Below, one piece after another: positions 38,952 through 50,900 of a stretch of DNA of 64,000 bases. Source of the DNA: Paragordius varius (taxonomy: Eukaryota > Animalia > Nematomorpha); contig OZ176052.1 of the NCBI GenBank assembly GCA_964247055.1, positions 9,796,001 to 9,860,000 of the forward strand. Direction: 5' to 3'. Position 1 is the first letter of the stretch. The number at the start of each line of letters is the position of its first letter. The notes beneath the pieces are model-generated. The model searched no databases. It was not told the DNA's origin and saw only the letters and a list, made by a program, of their open reading frames with translations. The position numbers and the translations under genes were made by a program.

Positions 38952-41900
38952 TAACGCTCGAAATAATATAATTATTGGGGTGATTATTTAGATAAACCCA
39001 GAAAACAAAAAAATAGAAGAGCATCTATGAACAAAACTAATAAACCAAGGAGAGAAAAATCTCGAAAAAGGAACGTAATATCATTAAATAAAACGACCAG
39101 TGGCCCTAAATTATCAGACACAAATGAAAGCAAAATCATTAGTAAATCTCTATAAAAATTTTAATTCGTTGTAAATTTGTTTTTTAAAATAAATTATCTA
39201 AAACGATTGATAAAATTAAAAGATTAAAAATATGTTATCATATCGTGAATCATTCATTTTACATTATTGAATCTTGGACACCATCATTGAATGAATATTA
39301 AATATTTTTCCATTTAATAGATGGACTGAAATTTTATATTTTATTAACTTTAATTCAAGTATAAATATTATTTATATTAACTACCAACAATTACATATTA
39401 TAATCGTAAACATAGAATAAACCGAATATGCATCATATGTGAAACATTTGTCAATAGTAATCGCAGACTAGTTTCTTGCTTGCTGGAAATTACCAGTATT
39501 TATGACACAATATAACTAGGAGTTTTTATATATCAATTTCGTATACAACACGAAACTAGTTGTTTGCGTTTACTGTTGATGAAAGTTTTCACACTGTATA
39601 TTACATTTTTTGTATATTTCCGCTAAATTTACCATTTAATGCATGTTTTCTATAGTATTACAGATACATCATTAATTCGTAAATGAGCATATAATCTTTT
39701 ATTAAAGCTTCAAACGACACAATAGACTTTATTGTCCAGAATGTATCATCCGTATCCTTAAATGAGTCACTCAATATTAATGATACAATGTATAACGATG
39801 GTAGTTGGAATATAACCGACATTATTTTCATCAATAATACTCGAGTAGACCAACTAAATAAAACAGTATATCAGATTACCGCAAATGGTACATCTGATAT
39901 CAACCACAACGATTCTGCAAAAACCAATAATACTAATTATACTACCTATAATAAAACCAATCCTATTCAACACAACACCAACATAACGATAAAATTCCAG
40001 TTGCTTAATGATACGCAAAGTAGGTTAAGATAATCACATGTGCGAAATCATAGGGCCATGTGAATTAGCCTTGATCCGGCATTTCAGAGAAGAGCCGGTT
40101 TAAGTTAACAAAATGTGAATGGTACAAATGACTCTAATAACTTTTATCTCAAAAGATTTACGAATCTTTAGGGCTTAAGCAAATTTTTAAACCTCGTAAA
40201 TAAAAATTGCGAAATTAATTCTGTAAAGTGTAATTTGAATCGGCTTTCCGGCTGATTCACATGACTATATTGTCTTTTAACGCGCTTCAAAAGTCAAAAT
40301 TGATGTTTAATTCATTATAAAAGTGTTTTTGCATTAGAAAATTTAAAATTAAAAAGATTTGTACAAATAACATCATGTAGCACTATTTTCCTAGACCTAG
40401 ATAGTAGCACTTTATTCATATGATTGTTAATTAAAGTTTCATTTTTGGGTAATATTTCGTCGTTGAGACCTGCTATAGAATAATTGACTAAAATGTACTG
40501 CCAAATCATGATCATATACATTTCATGGTTATTGATTTTATTTTAAATATTATATTTTAAAGTTTTGCGGTTGAAAACTCTAGCAAATATATGTGGCGGC
40601 AAATTTTGTATCATGATTTTCATAATTTTTCATTTATTTTTCTATTTTGAATACGACTAAAATCCATTAGTCATAATTCAAAAAATCGCTATGGGGTAAA
40701 TAAATCAAAATTAAGGGTTAAATTACACAGTAACGCGAGCTTTTATAGGCCATTTGGATACATTTTAAATGGTTAAAAGGCGATTTAATTTACATGTCTG
40801 ATACCTGTAAGAGTTTTTATTTTATTGTTGACATATTTAAATGAAAAAGTTTATTTCTTCTCCACAAATTATAAAAATGTAACATATAAACGCAAAATCT
40901 CATACATAGCATTATACAAGTAAATTAGATTCTCTTTTGCCCATTTGGAATACTGAAATGGTCTATGATAGCTCTCATTACAATATAGAATAATTTTAAT
41001 TTAGACCACCTAAATCAAACTATGTATCAATATAATCAAACTCGTTCAACTGATATCAACCATGATCCTTTTGCACAAAACAATAAAAATGTTTTATATA
41101 TTAACTATAATGACACCAGTCCAATTCCATACAAAACCAACATAACGATCGGATTTCATTTGCCTAACGATACCCAAAGTAAATTAATAGGCTAAGAAAA
41201 ATACATACACAAAAAAATATAAGGCCATGTCAATGAGACGGTAGGGTGGCCAAAATAGATCAAATGGTGCAAATGATTGCGATGACTAATATTTTATATA
41301 TTCATATAGATATAGAGATATTAATCGGTTCTCATATATATTTTATGTGGAAAAATCAAGATTTTAAAAACTATAGTTGACTTTTTTAAAAAATATTTGT
41401 CTTTTTGTTTTTAATTGTTTGTAAAAATTCAATTTTTATGCCACCCTTTTTGTGGATCAATAATATTTCTAAATCTTATAATTTTTTTAAATATTGTATG
41501 TTGACCGGCTATTTACATGGTCCTATGAACGAATCAGAGTCGATTCAATGGCTCATTCATATGGCATTGAATAATGTCTTATGTATATTTCTCCTTTCCT
41601 ATTTTAACAAACATTTAATAAATAGCTTATGCGATATTTGTGGATTTATACACATTGTAATATAATAATATGCTGTGCTGGGCATATATGCCAACGTTCA
41701 GATAATGTATAAAATTAAAACACCAAAAATTATAAAATTAAATTTTATTAAATATCGTTAGAATTTTTATGAGCCAAAATGCAAGTTTAAATAAAGGGTA
41801 TAGCAGTAAAGACACTCTTTTTATTAATTTTGGTGTCTTAGGGGCGAAATTGCCGGGCAATGATACAGAAGATTATTATTATGATTATCCTGATGAAGAA

Positions 41901-44900
41901 TATGGTAAATACGTAATATTTTTTAATTAAGCCCATTTCATATTATTTATCGATTAAAATTTGATGCTTTCTATTTAAGTAATGTCGCATTAATATCTGC
42001 AGCCCACGAAAATTTAAAAAAACAAATTTTATTAATAAATCTTTCCAAATTTTGGTAATGAACTAGCAAAAAATGTTAAATTAAATAGTAATTTCAACAG
42101 TCTTATGTTTAAAATTAAAATCTAACAAAATATTCGTAGATGCCAATATATTTTACGAATGCGACCCGCATTTCTTTTGATTAAAAGGCGGCCCGCAAGG
42201 CCATTTGTGTTGGACATCCCTCATTAGAACATTATTTATAATCAGATTAATATATGATTATTTTTAAACATGATAGACTCTTATCTTACATACATAATAA
42301 ATAGTGTTTTTCCTATTTAGAAGGGGTTAATACTATGATTTTTTTAATAAATTTTCTAGTTACAAAATTTTTTGATATTTTTTTGATTAAAATTGTTTCA
42401 CCCAAATATTTCCAATAATTGTTTAGAAGACACTACGGTTCTTAAATCAAATAATTCAGGTATTTCTTAAATATATAGGTGATCACATTGGTTTTCGAAA
42501 TAAATTGGCCATATTCTATCTAATATTATATTATTATTCAATATCCAATTAAGAATCAATATTACAGAATGATGCCATCACATATGAAGGTTATTATCTG
42601 ATTTGAGTAAATAAGTATATTTTAGCAGTAAAAAGGCAAAATGGTAGCTTCAATAATATAGTAATGTAAGCTATTCAGTATGCATTTTAATGGTTGCTTA
42701 TTCCACATTATAATTGGGCTTTCATTACTGTTAGTCAAATGGCAACCAATAGTATATAAAACAATAACAAAATGTTATATAAATTCCAAAAATATTAAAA
42801 TTATTTGTTTTTCAAAAGTAATATGACTTATTAAAAACAACAGTAAAATGTTATAACATAAAAATAAAAGACTAATTTATAAATGAAAGTTTTTTGGTTG
42901 ATTTTTTTATATAACTTATATGATTACAAATGGGAATAAATAACAGATTCACATCTATATTTTCAATTTCACCCAAATTGATGAGTTACATTAACGATCC
43001 AATATTTTTTGGGGTAGTTTTGTATTCCAGAGTTGAAGTTTGAATATCTTAAAAAGTATTTAACGTATTAAATCGAATTTAAAAATATACTTTCTTCAGT
43101 CTTTTGGGTGCATTACACAAATTTTTTTAAAAAAAATGTGAAATTGTAAAAAGTCCTCATCTCAAACCAGACATTTTTTTCTATTTTTTCAAATCGCTAA
43201 TGAAACAGGTAAAAAATGTATAATATGGTCAGAAAATGTAAACAACTTTAAAAAGCTTTTAAGCTACATTTAACAGCAAAAACTTGATATATTTTAATTT
43301 CAATATCAGCTGTTTGTTTCAATCCTGTTTTGGAGCTGTCCCAATTTTAGACTCTAGAAGTCACAAAACTGTAAATAATATAAGCCGTTTTATATAATAC
43401 ATGGTAACAATGTTTGATAATTAAATTTTAACTAAAATAACTTTCAAATTAGTTTATTTACAAAATTGATCTCTGGGATATAATACTACCCCAAAATGTA
43501 AACTAGGAAAAAGTGAAAGCTAAAAAAATAAAAAATGATCATACTATATATTCTTATTAAATATATGAATATTTCTTTTATTTTAAATTTAATTATTAAG
43601 CATTGCTCCTGTATTAGATAAATAACTTATATTTTTTACAATTTTCTATCTCCTTAAATCTTAAATCGGGACAGCTCCAAAACACGATTGGACTAAACAG
43701 CTGATTTTAAAATCAAATTTCGGTCGTAAAATGTAACCTTAAAGCTCAAAGTTAATCATTTACGCTTTCTAACCATAAATATATTTATTTCCATATTTTA
43801 TTTGCGATTCGGAAAAATTCAAAGAAAAAAAACGGCGAAAAAGTTTGAGATAAGAATTTTTTAACAATTTTATTTTTTTAAAAAAATTATGAAGCATCCG
43901 CCTTAAAAGCTAAAAAAATCACATTTTGAAGTTTAATTCCATAAATATAAGATTAAAAAATCGCTCTAGGTACTAAAACGTCTGAAGTGTTAACAATAGT
44001 CTATTTTTTTGTATTACAATTTTAATTTTTACCATAAATTTATACAATATTGATGCGAAAATGTTGAGTTTAGGGTTTATAAAATAACACATATAAAAAA
44101 TATTTGTAGATAAGAGTGTTGACAATGAGACTCATACCATAATGACAGGTTTGAAATGATAAATAATTATTTTTATTCGAAAATAATTTGAAATATTTAA
44201 CGCCAAATCAAATGCGATTTTATCATAAATTGTTATTATAGAGAAAAACATAACTACTCCGCTTAAGATTGACAAAGCCACTGATGATGAAGGTTTTAAT
44301 ATTTATTATTGGATAAATTTATACACAATATATAAATGACCACTTATTTTTAATTTGGTTAATTTCAACTAAGTTTTTTTAGAAAAGTTATGGTTTATAT
44401 GAGAACTATTAATATCCAGAATTAGGATACCATCAAAGCACTTCAACACCTACCGAATACCCTTTACCACCAAGTATTTATTGTTTTTACAAGAGGATTA
44501 TAATTATTAAAAATTAAATATACATTTAATAATTTTAATAATAATAAGTTCTATAGATTTCGAATTTTTAACCAAACATATTTTTAGAATAGTTGATTGT
44601 ATAGCAAAAAATATTTACTATTTAAAAATTTTTAATAACTAACAATACACATTCAAATGACATGATTTCAAAATTATATAATTTATAAATTAATATTCGA
44701 TAATAGTGCATTCTTCCTCAAACGGTGGTACAGTAGTCAAATCCGCAAGTATGTTGTATTTAAATTATAACAATAAATTTGTCGCAAATCCAAAAAGTCA
44801 ATATATAACTTCTTGATCATCGGTTGTATAGTCAACTTGACACTTTTTCTTTTCGCTGCATTGTTAACTATTTGACAAAATAAATCTTGAAATTTAAGAA

Positions 44901-47900
44901 AAAATTAAGTGAAATTCTAATATATTATAAATATTGTAAACTATCAAATCAATTTCAGCATTAATTTAAATTTTTTGATATATATAATTAATTTTTGGTT
45001 TTGTTATGGCGTCCTTTTCACTCATAGGGGCACAATTTTTCCAACATCACTTTATGCCCTGGCAATAGTGCTTAAAAACTTCATGAATTCTTAATACAAT
45101 TCATTCTTTACTCTATTGATAAAATGAGACTCTGGCGATACCTTTGTGCAAAAAATTGAAATTTTAATATATTATTTATATTTTCTACCTTATTCACTAC
45201 GTATTTTTATGTTATTCCCATATTCAGTCGTTGGCGGTGGACTTGTTGCAGCTGGTAAAATTACAATCCATTCATTTTATTAATACCATTTTAATTGTCC
45301 TCTTTTGCGATAAAGGCTAAATATATACAAATGTTAAATTAGGTGGCTTACTTGGAACATCAATTGTGCAATCTGGCACTTCTTTAGGAGCAAGTGTCGT
45401 CCCCTCATCGTTGACAGGAGGGACAACGAGTGGTGGATCTTTCGTATTGCAACCGGCTCAAATTCCATCCCCTATGAGTGGACAAGTAGGGGAATCATTG
45501 CAAGATGTTATTGGATTTGCCGTAGAAAATGGTATTTTAGAATACTAGTTTATATACCATTTGCACTTCAAGAGTGTCCTGGAACACTTCAAGTTGGTCT
45601 TTGAACATTTCAAGTTCCTTAAGCAGTTCAAGTTGGTCCTTGAACAGTTCAAGTTGGTCCTTGAAGAGTTCAAGTTTGTCCTTTGGCTTTTTTGTTTGTT
45701 TTTAACTTTTATCAAAATCGTAAATAATTTATCTATTCTATTGTTTTTAACCTATTTTCTATTATTTAAAATAAATTTTAAATTGATATCAACTTTTAAT
45801 CTTTGAAAAATCGTATAGCTATATTAATTTCTTAAAATAATTTTGGATACTTATAAGATAACAAGAAATGAAAAAATATATAAGTTTTCTGGGTTATTAA
45901 TTAAAATTTTTCATTAAAAACATTTAAAAGTTAATAATGTTCAATTGAAAAAAAATAGAGTGAAACAAAAAAGTGGTTTTTAAATAAAAAATTTTATTTT
46001 TAAATGAATAGAAATATAATAAATAAAGAAAAATAGGTTAATAAATAATAAAATAAAAAATAAATGCAAAAATTATGGTTTGAAAAGTTCAAGGACCAAC
46101 TTGAACTGTTTAAGGACCAACTTGAAATATTCAAGGACCAACTTAAAGTGTTCAAGGACACTCTTGAAGTGCAAATGGTATACATTTTGGTCCTAAATTA
46201 AAGACTTCATGTTTACCGACATTATCCTCAAAGTATGAAATCTTGGAACAAACCCTACCCATAAAGACATAAAAAATAAATCAGGGTTGTCACTCTGCTT
46301 TTAGTTTTGGACGCCCCTAAAATGGGTTTGTTTTTGTAAATAAATGCAAAAAAAGGTTGCGTGAAATTTATATATATATATATATATATATTACATCATG
46401 ATATCAAAATAAATATTTATATAATGCATACTTTATTCATTGTATTTTTGGTGGAAACGATATAAAAGTCTTTATAGATATCGTAAAAAATTATAATTAG
46501 ATAATGCTGAATTTTCTCACCTCATAATTTTCGGTCAATAGGTTATTTGTTTTCAATCATCGATTTATAAAAGAAGTTTTAGAATATCTTAAAGCATTTT
46601 TGTACCGTTCGCCCATGCTTTAACATGAAGTACGCTTCAACAAAATTTTGCCAAAAATTAAATAATAAAGCAGCAAAGTACGATTTTAAAAAATATGTCA
46701 AACTAAAAAATTCTTATCGCGCAATCTCAGCATTTTTGCTTTTATTTAAAAAAATTAGCCCATTTAAGGGGGTCAAAAAAATGCTACTTTGGGAGACGAA
46801 AGTATAAAATATTTAAGTTATTATTATAAATATGTTTTTGCTTTTTGAATATGGTTTATAACATAATTTCGTGATATTCTTTGAAATGAAGCATTTAGCT
46901 TTCACCAAAAAAATTTATTTTAATGTGCTCTAATTTTGCGATTTTCCTTTAAGTAATAACCACCACAAGGAAAATAACTTTTTAAAATAAGTGGTAGGCC
47001 CCAAAATCCAAAGGACAAGATAAATGCTGCATTATTTATCAGAATATATATGATTAATCAAGATATTAAGGTAACCCCCACACCCCAGTTCTCCGCCCGT
47101 GTTTATTTAAACGAGTAACTCTAAATTCAAATAATACAAAATATATTTTAAAATTTTTTTGATATCATCTTTCAAAACAACAAATAAAAGGTGTTAGAAA
47201 ACTATAGTTGGTAAGAATCAACGTATAAATAAAACATTTTTGCGAACCGAATGTCAAACATTTAATGATAATTAAAATTTAATAAATAGCATTAACACCT
47301 CAAGGCAATGCTGGTCTCAATGCTGGTGCCGAAATGTCAACTAATGACGGCCTTTCCATAAAAAATATTTTGGATTCAAGTTAATTAATATTATAAATCA
47401 ATATATAATATATATGGTATAAATTTATGTAATTACATTCATTTAGGTCCTCAAGGTATATTTAATTAATTAATTGTGTAAAGTTCCCAGTGCCGTTTCC
47501 CGGGAAGGTAATATTTATACCTCTTGAAATTTATACTGTTTTATATTTCTCAAAAATATATATAACTTAGCTGTCGCTGAAATCGGAGGAAAATCCGTTA
47601 TAAAGGCAAACGGTGAATTTTTTAAATATATATTTTCTTTTATTTACAAAATATAATCTGGATTATAAATGAATATTTACATTCAGTTATGCTGAAATTT
47701 AATGGGAACTTAATATTTTTGCTGTATAAATAGAATCAATATCGATCTTGTAGAAAAAGTGTTTTATAATGGTTTTACTGTTTCCAATATGGTTTAAAAT
47801 ACCAATTACTACAATTTATCCAACGCCAGTATATTAATTTTTTATACAAAGGTTTTTCCCAAAAATAATTGTTATGTAGTTAAAGATATATTTATAATAC

Positions 47901-50900
47901 ACATACTCTTTTGATTTTAACAAAAATATTTTAAAAGCTTAGGGGATATTTTGTAGGATAATGGAAGTTATCAAACATTTTTATATTATGAAAACATTCT
48001 AACCAATTAAGGGCTGCTGAATATTTCTATCGGTCCAATTTTTGACAAATTGAAGTTAATATACCATTTGCAGTTCAAATTCACCCTTTACCAATTCAAA
48101 TTCGCCCTAAAAATTAATTATGTGTTTTTGAACTAATATACATCTATATATTAAAAATGGAAAATGCTGGCTTTGTGATCTGATACCGGAAAACCGGTAG
48201 ACCCATTCAAATCCAAAAGATAAAATATAATCATTAATGAATGCCCCGACAATAGCTTCGCCCTTTTTTTGAAATAGGCCCCCAGTTCGGGACCACCCAC
48301 CGTGTGAAAAACGTTTTTTTTTGAAAACACGAGTCCACAAAAATCGTGTCTTTGAGACAATTTTCTGGAGAACGTGGTGGACCATTCAATTTTAAATATA
48401 ATTTTTGTTTACTTATCTTCGATTGCCCCGAACATAGTCGTCTCGCTTTTTTGATTTAGGCCCTCTTTTTACCCGCTCCCCCCGTAAAATGCCATTTTTT
48501 TCAAAAAACAAAGTCCACAAAAATAATTTTTGAAATCTATTTTTCGCCCTAGGCATGAGACCGTAAAAATTCACGTATTTTCTGTTAAAAGGCAAAAATT
48601 CTAGTCAAGCGTTTCTTTGATGATAGCTACTGGGTAAGGAGCTACCCGCTAAAAACTGATTCCTCATGTAACTTTGTGATCTGTTACCGGAAAACCGAAC
48701 CCAATCAAATCCAAATATAGAAAAAATATAATCATAAATAAATGTCCCGACAATAGCTTCGACCTTTTTTGGAATTAGGTCCCCAGTTCGAGCCCACCCC
48801 GTGTGAAAAATGGGTTAAGTCAATTTTTTGGAGAACGTGTTGGACCATTCAATTTCAAATATTATTTTTGTTTACTTATTTTTGATCGCGCTGAACATAG
48901 TCGACTCACTTTTTTGATATATGCCCTCTTTTTACCCGCTACCCCCGAAAATGCCTTTTTTTCAAAAAGCAAAATCCACAAAAATAATTTTTTAAATCTA
49001 TTTTTCCCCAAGTAAACAATATATTAGTATGAATGCACCGTTTTAAAATTCCTATAAAATCATATTTAAATAATGTTTCGAAATAATCCACATATGTGGA
49101 TCATTTTATTGTCCCTTATTTCAAATAGCCCCCCCCCCCCCCCCCCCCCCCAGAAGTCCGTAGGACTTCCTCGTGATGCGTAGCAGCACGAGATTTACGC
49201 TAGTTATTAATATAAATAAAGTATATCTTTATGGCAAAGTTTATTATTTTTTCAGTATTATTTGAATTTAAAACAAAATTTTTTTTAAAAAAATTATAGG
49301 TAATTTGTAATTTTAAAAAACATATAATTTATTTGAGGGTGAATTTGAATTGTTTGAGGGTAAATTTAAATTGTTTAAGGGAGAATTTGTATTGTAAATG
49401 GTATATATTTTGAAACGCAATGCCAATATTTGAGATTTAAGGAACATTTTAGGCATATTATGTAAAAACAAAATAGTTTGGCAAGTTCAATTGGTGTTTT
49501 ACAACCAAATGAGCAAGTTTTTAAATTTACTAATAAGCCACCTGAGCAAAATACGTTTAGAATCCTGATAAAAAAAATTTCTATCAGAATCTGAATATTT
49601 CATATAGTTAATTTTTATTTGAAATGAGTTTTTACAATAGCTGACCAATTGAGATAGTTTCGAGATCTAATTACACGAAATTAAATTCACAGTTAGAACC
49701 AGGAATATATATTGTATTATTGTGCTTCAGGTTTTTGAGCAATTTTTTCAATAACTAAAAGACAATGCAAAATTAGTGATAATAATTCTGCATTAGCAAT
49801 TCATAGTTTTATCATAGTTATATATATTTTTGATAAGCTAGATTAGTCTACCATCACTAACACATAATTAAGTATTACATTTATAACTTGCGTATAGGTG
49901 TTATTTCCTAAACTAATTGTACCCAATCATGAGTATTAAGCTGAGGATATTGGGCAAATGAAAAGATTATGAAATACTGTTTTAAATTTGATTTATACCA
50001 AGAAAATAAAGCATTGGTTTTGTATCATACACGATTCAATCATGATTATTGTTTAAGTTCTAAAATTTTAATTAGAAATGTTTTTTGTTAGGTGGTGCAC
50101 AAAAATCTGCATTAGCCTCGTTTGCGGGATCGTCAGCCGGATTCGCTGGAAGGCCTACTGTTATTCAACATGGACAATCCTCAGGTAAAAAAAGATACTA
50201 CTTTAGATGTTCTTTTGTTAGGATAGCGCTTTGAACTATCCCCCTTTTCTTTTTTTACCCATTCATATTTGATATTTTACAGAATATAAGTTCCAAAAAT
50301 ATATAGAGAATAAAATTTAGCATATTATTATATATAGGAATAAAATCGTTTTGCTAGTGCAAAAAATTAACGGAATATTTAGATTGAATAATATTCCATG
50401 GCCTAAGCAGAAGAAATGTCATGTTTTATAATGTTTCAGACCAACTTTAATTTTGAATTTTATCATATTGGTTGGTATCCAGTTATGTTATGTGCATCTG
50501 TGCGCCTGTCTGGTCGCTTTCAAAATGCAATAAAAAAATACGTTTATATAAACGTATGGCATATATATTATGAGATAAAAAATATTAAAAAAAAGATTTT
50601 ATGCTATTTATTTATCGTCAACATATTATCTTATACACACAGTGGATCAACAAACCCCACAGAGGGACTCAATTTTGGGTAAAATATATAATATGTTGAC
50701 AAAATGCTTCCAATTTCCTAGAAGGTCTATTGAGAGATGAAACCTCGTACAGATCAGATAACCCAACACATCAAAATCAACAAGGTAATATACAACATAT
50801 ACCATTTGCAGTTCAAGAGTGTCCTAAGTTGGTCCTTAAAATTTTAAGTTGATTAAACCATAAATCATGTATTTTTTTATTTCATCTTTTTTTATAAATG

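Larger units (their letters stand above)
48060..49405. mobile_element. Foldback element, TATACCATTT-end family, type B, interrupted by a Helitron
   Basis: tataccatttgcagttcaaattcaccc...gggtgaatttgaattg...aaatggtata ends. Confidence 0.75.

Noticed and set aside
4104-39024. ORFs 4104-4376, 4153-4386, 7272-7559, 7493-7687, 9178-9438, 21183-21368, 23690-23884 and 38806-39024
   Set aside because: Antisense shadows of real exons on the other strand.
393-39694. Reassigned genetic code (TAA as sense), suggested by the GPCR stop and by TAAs near exon-like blocks (30883, 39680, 39692)
   Set aside because: SLC20 (812 codons), the GNAT and the aldolase exons contain no internal TAA, and the GNAT and GPCR end on TAA. 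The 39680/39692 stops fall in an intron once acceptor 39708 is used.
45561-46185. ORFs 45561-45806 and 46000-46185
   Set aside because: Translations of type-A foldback subrepeats.
48107-49015. Four ORFs within the Helitron as Rep/helicase or captured genes
   Set aside because: No HUH or helicase motifs; they lie in a duplicated non-coding block and are not conserved in frame between the two copies.
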